Of a stretch of DNA of 36,673 nucleotides, positions 12,251 to 22,447 are shown piece after piece. The DNA is from Octopus bimaculoides (lineage: Eukaryota). The stretch is taken from the NCBI RefSeq assembly GCF_001194135.2, contig NC_068992.1, forward strand, positions 23,105,293 through 23,141,965. Reading direction: 5' to 3'. A model generated the notes under the pieces. That model was not told where the DNA came from. It made no database searches and saw only the letters and a program-made list of their open reading frames with translations. Both the position numbers and the translations under genes were made by a program. Positions within the stretch are counted from its first letter, which is position 1, and each line of letters starts with the position of its first letter.

Positions 12251-14002
12251 AAAGCACGATTTATTCGTGATCAGAATTGTTCGAAAACCGACGTACCGTG
12301 TATTTATATTTGTAATACTTTTAAAAAGAATATTTTGAGATGTGTTTGGTAATCGTTTGTCATATCATAATATCATTTTTAAGTTCAGGTCCCTCGTAGT
12401 ATGAACATCCTTCACTAAAAAATGAAAGGTATTTCAACTTAAAATACACTTAATCACACTGCGCATGTATTTTGAACAATTTTCACAAATATCTGGACCA
12501 CAATATTTTTGTTAAATATTTCAGAGTACACAGGAAAGAAGAAAACAATGAGACATTTGATATTAAATATAAAATTATTGAAGTGATGAAAATGTTTAAT
12601 GTTGTTCGTGACTAAAGTGTTTATTGGAGGTAATGAAGATGTTAAGTTAATGTAGTAGAATAAATTGATATTTATTGATATTGGGCATATTACAAGCGGT
12701 GTGTTATAGTTTTACCGGATAATATAGTAAATAGTTTATGCAAAACTACTTTAGATTCAATAATCTAACGTTGAGCAGCGAATGTTTATTTATTTAGGTA
12801 TAGAATTTATTTGAAGCGTATCACTAATGTACATACTTACAATAACAGTTATTTGCTATTGTTGTACGTAAAGTTCATACAATGCAGAGCCACTTTCCGA
12901 TACATTCATTATTGTAATTATCCACTATTTGCATTGATTTTAAAACAATACATTAGATACACACTAATTATTGTTTTTAATATTTTTAATATTTTGGTTC
13001 TTATTTCACATCAAAATGATTTTAAAAGCAATAATTTTTCCAAAATATATTTCTTTCTAACCATAGATTTCATCTCAAAATCTGATATATCTCTTCAGGA
13101 CAGTGAATTTAGCCCCTGCCTTGAAATAATAACCACGTATAGATGAGGTCTTGGAACAGAGTAATATGCATGAATCGAGGATGCCATAACGAAAACATAC
13201 AAAAGCAAACCGGACAATTTTCAAAGAAGGACACCGGATTGTCCAGCATGAAATCATATGCTAACGCACGCCAGTGCGTACCCGGCAAACATGTTGTTTC
13301 TTATATGACCTTTTCTATTATTTCTGAAATAGTGACTACTTCCCAGACCTGGCTGATTTGGTACCACCACCACTCGACTACCTTGAAGCATCTTTGTCGT
13401 TCTCATCATATACCTTATATTAGAAACTACGCTTCTTATACCCTAAACGTAAGACATCCGATATCTTCAGTCGAGTATAATAGACATCAGAAATTCCATC
13501 ACAACGCAGTGTCTCCTACTATCGCAAACTCTGAAAAGTTTAAGGGCAAAGAACATCAATTATACTCGCCGTGTATCACATGAGAAAAGTAATGTCGTAA
13601 CACCGCCATCAAACCTGACCGATACGTAGAAAATGTAGTAACTCAGCTTGGAAATTGTATTTGTAACTCTTAGCATGTTGAGGTGTAACACGAACCGTAA
13701 CATTGCTAGTATTTGAATGCCGATTGCTATAGAGTTTAAATAGTAAGTATAAATCTAATTACCGCGTTACTAATCCGAATTAAACTCCATGCACTGTAAA
13801 TATATTATCTCTCAATCACTGGGCAGTCGTTAAATAACTCCCGTCGCTAAAATCTGTTTATATATCAAAGCCGTATCGACCAGTTGCAATACATTTACAC
13901 GTATTAGCCAAATGTATGTATGCGAATATCATTTGTTCCCAGTTTTTCAACAATTAGAAAATGGTTTGGATTTGTGATTTGAAACTTTGGACTTGGCGAC
14001 TG

Positions 14003-14208
14003 AATAATGGCTGCAAATGTTATCACAAGATCAGTAACTTTGGCCATAGGCGCTTAAAGCAATTTTATCGACCGTAGTACTTGTTTTATCGATCTGGAAA
14101 TAACGAACAGCAAAGTCGACATCCTTGCTATTTGACCTCAGAAAATGAATTTTGTTTAAGATGCCGCTAAGCATTTACTTCGGAGTGATAACAATTCTGC
14201 CAGCTAGC
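14003..14208 (-). mobile_element. SINE family A copy (diverged)
   Basis: Reverse complement ctagctggcagaattgttatcactccgaagtaaatgcttagcggc...tctgaggtcaaatagc..gatgtcgactttgc...gatcgataaa..aagtac...gatcttgtgataacatttgcagccattatt aligns to the copy at 19696-19914. Confidence 0.8.
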
Positions 14209-14222
14209 TACATTATATTCAA

Positions 14223-14405
14223 TCATAATAAAGCGTTATTAGTAGTAAAACTTAACACCGGGAAAGCAATAGGCACGTGTAAAAATCCCAAAAGAAAACC
14301 AAAATTAATTGTTGGTTTAGAGGATATTGCGACATGATCAGAATTTCCAAACTGTGTACAATTAAATACCAGGAACACCAACAAAATCAAACTTTCTATC
14401 TCCAT
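14223..14405 (-). CDS. Candidate short ORF or first exon with a signal-peptide-like N-terminus (MEIESLILLVFLVFNCTQFGNS...)
   Basis: True ATG in gtcATGG context, hydrophobic core LILLVFLVF, 60 codons open. No homology recognised. It could be chance in T-rich DNA. Confidence 0.22.
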   Translation of the reverse strand: MEIESLILLVFLVFNCTQFGNSDHVAISSKPTINFGFLLGFLHVPIAFPVLSFTTNNALL

Positions 14406-14739
14406 GACAATGCGAGAATATTCAGGAGTACTGCGGCACCATGTTGAATTACTAATTAGATCCCAAAGTTTTGGTACGAATTATTGTTATTATACCTTTT
14501 AAGAAGGAGCTAACCAATCGCCACTCATCCTCAAATTATGCTTCCTGAACTTATTGGGGTCGTAAAAAAAGGCGATGCTGTCAAGCGACTAGTGTGTAAC
14601 GCTGTGAAACTGTCAGCACACCATGAAACTCTAAACTTTACGTAATTTACTCCTATTATTATGTAACTTTATTAATATAGTGTGGTCCAAGTATCACTCA
14701 TATCTTCATGAACAACCTATGTATGGCTGTTTTGAAATA

Positions 14740-14824
<85 letters not shown>

Positions 14825-15029
14825 ATATATATATATATATATATATGTTCATAGTTGTGGAAGATTGAATAAAGTTTTCGCGTAGTTTTATCGGTTATTT
14901 AATCGTTAGTTCTATTTTTGTGGACAGGAAACAATTACACACTCTTTGTCTAGGAATTTCTGTTCAATGGTCGAATTTTAATTTCATAATCATGATAAAG
15001 TAACGAAGATCAGCAGGCTATTGATGACC

Positions 15030-15290
15030 ATGTTAGTGGTGATGATAATGGTGGTGGTGGTGGTGGTGGTGGTGGTGGTGGTGGTGGTGGTGGTGATGAT
15101 GATGAGGAGGAGGAGGATTATGTTGATAATGTTCGCTGCAATGATGACGATGATCGTGAGGGTGATGGCTACGAAGACAACACTGAGGATTATAATGATA
15201 AAAGTGACAGCGATGATGATGATGGTTGCGATGAAAAAGAATCGATGTTAATGATTCTGATGATAACAATGACGACAATAATGATAATAC
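15030..15290. repeat. Compound (GGT)n/(GAT)n/(GAG)n trinucleotide tract
   Basis: Seen directly. It produces the poly-V/M and poly-H ORF calls. Confidence 0.93.
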
Positions 15291-17136
15291 TGCCGTTGTT
15301 GGTTAATAACAGCGGTGATGTTTGTGATATTGATCGTTATAATTAATAAGACGCAATACATTACAGAATATCAGAGTAGCAAATTGATTAACCCGTCATT
15401 AATCCGTCCAAAGTTTGTAAAGTCATGGCAAAGTCTTGAGTTTAAATAGTTGTTTGAAGTGAGGATAAGATAAACATTTCAAAAATTTAGTCTAGATATA
15501 AATTGAAATTTCAAATATTTAAGATAAAATGAGTTGCCCAAATTGGCGATAGATTAGCCGTTTGTAAAATAGGATAGTCTCAGTTTGGTAAGTGCAGGAT
15601 TTAGCCTAACTTATTGAATTTCTATAAATCACAGAATGGAAAATTGTAAAGTCATTAAGCGAAAGAAAATTTCATGTTATAACTGTTGTTCTTCTGTTTC
15701 TCATTAACAGACAAGTGAACGGTAAATATGTGAAGACCACAAGTGCTATTTAATGGAGTATTTGTGGTTCTGCTGCGTCTGATTAACATATATCGTGTAT
15801 GCAATAAAGAAATAAAGTTCTGATAATTCTTGTAATATTGGAAAATTTTGTGAAATTGGGGAAATTGTCAGATGTTCAAATTCATGACGTATTCAGTATA
15901 GGGGAGTTAGAGTAGAAACTGAAACTTTTGTAACCGCGTAGATAGGAGTAGTTCCTTTAAAATGATGAAATCTGCTGCTTTAACTTAAAAATTGATTCGG
16001 AAAATTGGGAGATTTACTGACGGACACATTTATACTTATGGTTAGGTTAAGCATAAAAGTCAAATCCTGTCTGTGAATTTCTACTGAGAATGCTGAATTG
16101 TAACAATAACCTCTTAAAACATTCGATACAGAAAGTTTACTAATGTTTCAATATGCGTTTCTATATAAACTAACAGCATTGCAGCGCGGTTCGTTTCATC
16201 GTTATTAAAAAAGCTTGGGTAATGTTTTAGCCTAAGATGACTCCTAGCTGAGTAGTTTATGGAACTACTTGCTACGACGATAAATTCTTTCGTTTCGAAC
16301 ATCTAATGTAAGGTCATATTTTTTGGTACCGGCACCGATGTTTTACTTACATATATTCAGTGGTATTTTTTTTTAATGGGTCCCAGAACTGGGCGCCAAA
16401 ATTGATGTGATCCAAATATTTATTTCAGGGAATTCTCATAGAAATTTGAAAGCCTTCTGGAATGACATATAATGTAATCAACCCAATGTCTTTAATTTAC
16501 AATTTTAATGGTCAAATGCATGTGTATGTGCGCATACACGCACACACACACACCCAAACACACACACACACACACAAGCACGCGCACGCGCACACAATAC
16601 ACATAAGCATATTCCGCAAAGATTCATCCTCACACACGCACGGACTTACACACAAGCACACATGTTAAAACACATGGACACACACACATCTATTCTATAT
16701 ATGTATATGTGTGTGTGTGTGTGTCTGTGTGTGTGTGTGTGTTGATTGTGCAGTGATGGAGTCCTAGCTAATCTCAGAGTAATTTACTTGGTGAGGTATA
16801 CTATGATGTAAAACCTCAGGTATTATTTGGTTACTCCTCAACACGAACTAGTCTGTCAGTAGGTACTAATGATACAGACTGGTACTTGTTTCACAAGCGT
16901 TTTTTCAATATAATCCAATGGCGTACAGATCTATCTTTCTTGTGACCTCCTTTGTCTTTCTATCAGCTGAAGGCGCTATGCCAATGAATGAGAGGCAACG
17001 TGTGCAAACCTATCCAGATAGAAGGTGCAGTGAAAAATACAACTTCTGTGTGACATCTATTTTTCAAATAATGTAGATCTGCAGCGGGATTCAATAGTCG
17101 TCTAAATCGTCATGTACAGAAAATCAGATATGCCTG

Positions 17137-17158
17137 TGTGTGTGTGTGTGTGTGTCTG

Positions 17159-17210
<52 letters not shown>

Positions 17211-17212
17211 CC
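17137..17212. repeat. (TG)n-(TCTA)n compound microsatellite
   Basis: Seen directly. Confidence 0.95.
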
Positions 17213-17215
17213 TAT

Positions 17216-17290
17216 CAGTTGGGGGTCAACGTACTCGACTTATATCCTCCCCTTAAATTCTTGGCCTTGTGCCAAAATTTGAAACATATA
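17216..17290 (+). mobile_element. SINE family A, 3' fragment
   Basis: ggggtcaacgtactcgactt...cccttaaattcttggccttgtgccaaaatttgaaac matches the family A tails at ~19650 and ~26110. Confidence 0.75.
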
Positions 17291-17904
17291 ATCATCATGA
17301 TTATATTATTTAACCGTTGACCTACATGAGGAAAGACACACCTGATGAACAATTGCCAGGCATCGGATGCTACTAAGGAGTAGATAGCATAAATTGGAGG
17401 TAGTGTCAGGAGAAAACACCGCTTCATTAAAAATTGAGTTATTTTTCAGAACTGAAATCTGCTATAAATGCATATAATTTTATTAACATCTGCAGGTTAA
17501 TAAAGCATGCTAGGTTTCCTAAGCATGCAAGGAGAGTTAATCTGATTTTTTCTGCCTCTGCATATACGCTAAGATGCTACGTGACGTCTCAGAATTATAG
17601 TAATAATCATCCAATGGGAGGTCACCTAACATCTACGATTATGTGCACAAGAAGCGAAATTCTTCAGCTGTATGTTGTAATTTACTCGTGATTCTGCTAT
17701 GAACCAGTCGAACTATATTTAATGTGCTCTCTCTATGCTTACAAGATTGTATTTTCAAACCAAAATTAGGACTACATTTCGCTATATTTGTTTTGTCTTT
17801 AGCATTGTTAAGGCTTAGCATCAAAGTGGTTTGGTTCGAGTCTTATCAAAATCGACGAAAGTCAATTAAACTGAAAGATGACATCAACATTTGAATATTA
17901 ATTG

Positions 17905-17975
17905 GTATCATCATCATCTCCAGCAGCAGCAGCAGCAGCTGAAACAGCAGCAACAGCAACAGTAGCAGCAGCATT
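17905..17975. repeat. (CAT)/(CAG)/(CAA) compound trinucleotide tract
   Basis: Seen directly. Confidence 0.9.
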
Positions 17976-18614
17976 TTCTGCAAAGTCATAACGATCATCA
18001 CTAAAACAGTTAATGCGATCATTAAACCCAAATTAATTCATGATTTGCACATGTGTTATCAAAGAACCAAGAAAATATTTTGTTACAATACAAACCTGAC
18101 AGCCGTATAACAATATTCTGATAAGAGATAAATGACTTCCTAATGATTTCTTGCATTTTTTCAGAAAAGAGATTATTGTGCCATAGAAAGAAACATTACA
18201 TTATTTATTTGAGAAGCTGTGTGAAAATACAAATTATAGAATGCAAAATAGGACAACGACCTAAAGAAAAATCTTCATAGCTTTGTACATTTAATTTGTT
18301 CTTTCTTCTTTTTACCCTTTTATGAAATATTTTATATAATATATCCAACAAGACTAAAAAAATATTACTATTGGCAAAATATGATGAGAGTAACTGTTCA
18401 ATTTAATTTAAATATGGCCAATTCTTTTTGTTACCGTAATTGCATTTTATAGCTCCAAGGAAAAAATGAAATGTGGTTGCTTTTTGTTCTTTACAGTTCT
18501 TTTGTTCTTAGTTATGATCTGGTTGTTATTATATTTCAAATACAAGTGAATGTACTCAAAGTTTGTCTGGGGAAAATATTTCTAAATGTGTAAATGTATT
18601 CGGGTGCACGTAAA

Positions 18615-18740
18615 ATGTGTGTTCAAACTAAAAGACATATAGTTGTTGCTGTTTTTTTTTATGTTTTGCTTGTCTCAACTCTGACTCAGCAAATCTGTAA
18701 TGAAAATCATTTTAATTGTGCCCGTTACAGGATTGTAAAC
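18615..18740 (+). CDS. Candidate coding exon 1 of a small secreted precursor (MCVQTKRHIVVAVFFYVLLVSTLT-QQICNENHFNCARYRIVN)
   Basis: Open frame from ATG 18594/18615 with an in-frame TAA just upstream. Tripartite signal-peptide-like stretch. Donor-like AAC|GTATGT at 18740/41; alternative AG|GTAGAA at 18775/76. No homology recognised. Confidence 0.3.
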
Positions 18741-19082
18741 GTATGTAAGGAAATATTCATTCCAGTTTTATCAAGGTAGAATGTGTTTTCAGTGAAATGT
18801 CGTTAATGTTTTTAGCTGTTCAAGAAACAACACAAAGGCTCCCACTTTTGCTACTTGAAAAGTAACCATATTTATGAATATAGGTGCTACACAGGCAAGC
18901 ACACACATGATTTGATATATGAAATACTGAAATATGTGTATATGTAGTATGTCATATAAATCTGATCCTCATCCAGAGTAACAAGTCTTTTAGGTTCACA
19001 GTTCAAGCTTCTGTTATGAAATGGCTTCTGTCTCAGACATAGTCCCCACAAATCCTAACTACAAACTGAGTGTAGTGAATAA

Positions 19083-19160
19083 AAAAGTGTACCCTGTTTA
19101 AGAATACAACGCACCGTCCTATCCGAGGTCTCGATTTGAACACCATAGTTACACGATCTT
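19083..19160 (-). mobile_element. SINE family C head remnant
   Basis: aaagtgtaccctgtttaagaatacaacgcaccgtcc resembles aagctgtcttgctgaagaacacaacacatagactggtcc of the copy at 28465-28681. Confidence 0.5.
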
Positions 19161-19280
19161 CTCATTTAAAAATGTATATAGATAAAATTGTGTATGCATA
19201 AGTAGTTCTAAAAGTTTATTAGAAAATTATACTTATATCTCTGTATAATGTGAACATGAATTTATAAATTTTTCAGTCAG

Positions 19281-19454
19281 ATACCAGGAAATATCTGTAT
19301 TCTAAACGTTGATATAGAACATAATTTGAAGATAAAAGAAAATACATGGCACAAAAGAGCTTATCAGTGGAGGAAAAAAAGCGGAGAGAAAGAAATGGAA
19401 GCTCTTTTGGTTCGTAGAGAAGAGCTGATGGATCCATGTTTTGAATCACACTAA
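19281..19454 (+). CDS. Candidate terminal coding exon (IPGNICILNVDIEHNLKIKENTWHKRAYQWRKKSGEKEMEALLVRREELMDPCFESH*)
   Basis: 57 stop-free codons begin immediately after the acceptor-like aaatttttcagtcag|. Both tandem AGs (19276 and 19280) are phase-compatible with one of the two upstream donors. Confidence 0.32.
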   Translation: MPGNICILNVDIEHNLKIKENTWHKRAYQWRKKSGEKEMEALLVRREELMDPCFESH

Positions 19455-19527
19455 TTTAAAATTAAACATATAATTAATTGATCTCTTCAATACCGCTGTT
19501 TCTCTTCCTGTGATGCTATCTTCTTCC

Positions 19528-19682
19528 CGTTAGCACGCCGGGCAAAATAGTTAGCCGCATTCCGTTCGTATTTACGTCCTGAGATTAAATTCCGTTGAGG
19601 TCAACTTTGTCGATTAAATAAGCACCAGTTGAGCACTAAGTTCAAAATTGCTGATCTTGTGCCAAAATTTGAAGCCAGTATT
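19528..19682 (+). mobile_element. SINE family A, 5'-truncated and internally deleted
   Basis: cgttagcacgccgggcaaaat...ttacgtcctgagattaaattccgttgaggtcaacttt...gatcttgtgccaaaatttgaagcc aligns to the adjacent full copy. Confidence 0.85.
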
Positions 19683-19695
19683 TTGCCCTACAAAC

Positions 19696-19914
19696 GCGGC
19701 GAGTTGGCAGAAACGTTAGCACGCCAGGTGAAATGCTTAGCGGTATTTCGTCTGTCTTCATGTTCTGAGTTCAAATTCCGCCGAGGTCGACTTTGCCTTT
19801 CATCATTTCGAGGTCCATAAATTAACTACCTATTGCGTACTGGGGTCGAAATAATCGAGTGGCCCTCTTCACCAAAACTTCGGGCCTTGTACCTAGATTA
19901 GAAAAGATCATATT
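19696..19914 (+). mobile_element. SINE family A, full-length; best-preserved copy in the window
   Basis: gcggcgagttggcagaaacgttagcacgcc (A-box-like) ... gagttcaaattcc (B-box GTTCRANNC) ... gtcgactttgcctttcatc ... ggccttgtacctagattagaaaagatcatatt. tRNA-derived SINE architecture with several homologous copies in the window. Confidence 0.92.
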
Positions 19915-20182
19915 GCCCTATTAATTTCTTTCCAGCAAACTCTCAAATTACTTATATTTAAATCAATTTTCAACTTGCTCAGTGTTATTTTATTTTTAGA
20001 ACCTGGCAAAGGTGATGAGCAGTGAGTTTCCTCCTCCTACACCTCTCAATAATTAATTTAAAATATAATTCTCTCTAACTGTGACTCACCTTTAATGTCA
20101 AAATGTTAATTTCAACATTAAAAAAATAATAATAAACGTGACTTCATTTTATGCACACAAAAAAATTAGTATCGCCAGAGGC

Positions 20183-20607
20183 AACATAACATCATCATAA
20201 TGACAATGATGATGATGATGATAATTATATTTGTCATTATCACCAGCATCGGCATTATCAACTTCATCATCATCATCATCATCATCATCACCACCAACAA
20301 CACGACCACCACACCACCATCGTCACCGCCATCATCATCGTCGTCGTCGTCGTCGTCGTCGTCGCCATCATCATCATCGTGATCGTGATCGTGATCGTCA
20401 TCATCATCAACATCATCATCATCGTCATCATCATCATCATCATCATCACCACCACCAACACCGCCACCATCACCACCGCCACCAACACCGCCACCATCAC
20501 CACCACCAGCAACGTCATCATCACCGCCTTCATCATCATCATCATCATCATCGTCATTATCATCATCCTCATCATCATCATCATCGTCGTCATCGTCGTC
20601 ATCGTCG

Positions 20608-20638
<31 letters not shown>

Positions 20639-20709
20639 TATCATCATCATCAACGTCATCATCATCATCATCATCATCATCGTCATCATTATCATCATCA
20701 TCATCATCG

Positions 20710-20745
<36 letters not shown>
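20183..20745. repeat. ~560-bp compound (CAT)n/(CAC)n/(CGT)n trinucleotide satellite
   Basis: Seen directly. It yields the poly-H, poly-I, poly-S and poly-M ORF calls. Confidence 0.96.
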
Positions 20746-20747
<2 letters not shown>

Positions 20748-21298
20748 ACCGCGCCGTCTGCATAATCGCCGCTGTCATTATCTTCAACAATAACAATAAG
20801 AATAACGACAAACTAAAAACTAAGACATCATTAGTCTAATCCTGTTTACGTTAATCCATGCAAGAAAATATAATCACCTTATTTAGTCTTCATTCTTAAT
20901 TTACTTTTTTTTTCTTACAAATATCATATTTGTTTTCCTTCATCGCCTCTCTGCATAAAAGCGTGTCTGAGAAGCTGTGTTTATGTGTGCGTTGTATAAT
21001 AAATACGAAGATCTCTATGAATATGTGTGTACATATGTTGTTATTTAAGTTCTATAGTTTGCTGTGTGCATTGTTATACATTCTGACTATATTTTCGTTT
21101 TCTGTAAATTTTCTCTATATTCCTTTGTCTTCCATTGAAAACATTGCTGTGTGTTATCGAAGAATGTATGTATATATGTGAATTTGTGAGCTTCAAGATA
21201 TACACATACATGTAGGTAATAATTATGTGATTTCGTTGAGTAATTTATGTGTTGTAAACTTATATAAATACACATACGCACACATATACATCTTATAT

Positions 21299-21303
<5 letters not shown>

Positions 21304-21365
<62 letters not shown>
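21304..21365. repeat. (GA)n microsatellite
   Basis: Seen directly. Confidence 0.98.
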
Positions 21366-21368
<3 letters not shown>

Positions 21369-21427
21369 TTGTATATGCATACATTATATATAACATATTC
21401 ACGTACACACAAACGTGGATAAAACTT

Positions 21428-21567
21428 GACAGCTGTCTCGCGGGTTAAACTCTCCTTATAGACAATGTTTGTAAGAACACAGTTAAATGTGCCGTAATTG
21501 ACGTCATCGGAATGCAACAGAGGTCTTTCTGCGTAATTAGGCTTCATCAACTACAGACATTGAGTCA
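21428..21567. promoter_or_regulatory. Candidate enhancer-like motif cluster (E-box, CRE, homeobox cores, AP-1)
   Basis: GACAGCTGTC palindrome at 21428-37, TAATTG at 21495-500 overlapping TGACGTCA at 21499-506, TAATTA at 21534-39, TGAGTCA at 21561-67. The surrounding sequence is non-repetitive and CpG-containing. Motif match only. Confidence 0.3.
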
Positions 21568-21818
21568 GCCGTACATGCACCCCCCCACCAAAAAAAACAA
21601 AAAAAACTGGTGCCCTTATATTTAAACAGCAAACAACAAATTAATTGTTGCGTGCAAAACTTTGTCAAAGTGTAATAAGATAATGGCACGATAATCGGCA
21701 ATGATTACTGTAAATCTACGTATCTTTCAAAATATTTTGTTGTAAAAGAGATCGCGAAACCTGAACCAGATGACGTTAACAAGAGTTGATTTTGAATCTG
21801 TAGCATCTAAACTGCAAA

Positions 21819-21884
<66 letters not shown>
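21819..21884. repeat. (TAT)n microsatellite
   Basis: Seen directly. Confidence 0.98.
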
Positions 21885-21885
<1 letters not shown>

Positions 21886-22369
21886 TGGTAGAGAGAGAAG
21901 ACAATGAACTCCCTCTGTGAATGTTTGTTTTATGCTTTACTAAAAGAAATTGTTTAGGTTAAACAGTATTATATCATTTGAAGCTGTCTGTAAGATATGC
22001 TTTGAGCCAAGTTTTCTCGCACAGTATATTTTCATTGGTTTACATTGCAGAATGCCCATTTTGTTCTAAAACCTGCGTATCTCATTCACAAAAGTATAAA
22101 TGCAGTTGTCAGCGGAGGAAGTTCTTGTCGTGTATGACGAAACCATTTTCTGTCTCTTTTCCTGTGTGTTTACCAACAATATTTTTTCATATCTCTATTA
22201 GATCCTCATCAACACACGAGATAACGTGGTACGAGAACAATTATATCATTCCGCCTGGGTTATTGTTCTAAGGAAGGGGCGTATCATTTGTCCATCTTAA
22301 GTGGTGCAACCTATAGTACACCTGACTGGACTGCTACACTAGCATCCTTTCTCTCCCCACTCTATGTAT

Positions 22370-22372
<3 letters not shown>

Positions 22373-22445
<73 letters not shown>
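22373..22445. repeat. (TA)n-(TG)n compound microsatellite
   Basis: Seen directly. Confidence 0.97.

Positions 22446-22447
<2 letters not shown>

Noticed and set aside
13075-13583. 146-aa + strand ORF; on the minus strand RYGI...LCSKT...AGAK (piggyBac-like) and VCDSRRHC/CDGISD (LDLa-like) fragments
   Set aside because: The resemblances are short, lie in different frames with wrong spacing, and lack the DDE/D or full LDLa consensus. It cannot be called without a profile search.
15021-15278. Poly-Val/Met and poly-His ORFs
   Set aside because: They derive from a GGT/GAT trinucleotide tract and show no codon or domain complexity.
18615-18775. Insulin B-chain or LDLa identity for the candidate exon
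   Set aside because: Cys spacing (C-x6-C-x8-C) does not fit the insulin CG-x10-C pattern, and the LDLa DCxDxSDE motif is absent.
19696-19780. tRNA gene call from A-box/B-box-like motifs
   Set aside because: The motifs belong to the tRNA-derived SINE head. No cloverleaf or anticodon arm is evident.
19629-19820. 63-aa ORF, and the similar 29226-29534 ORF
   Set aside because: Both lie within family A SINE copies.
21978-22271. 97-aa ORF with CPFCSKTC, zinc-finger-like
   Set aside because: It lacks C2H2 His spacing, has a TTG start and no tandem fingers. Probably chance.
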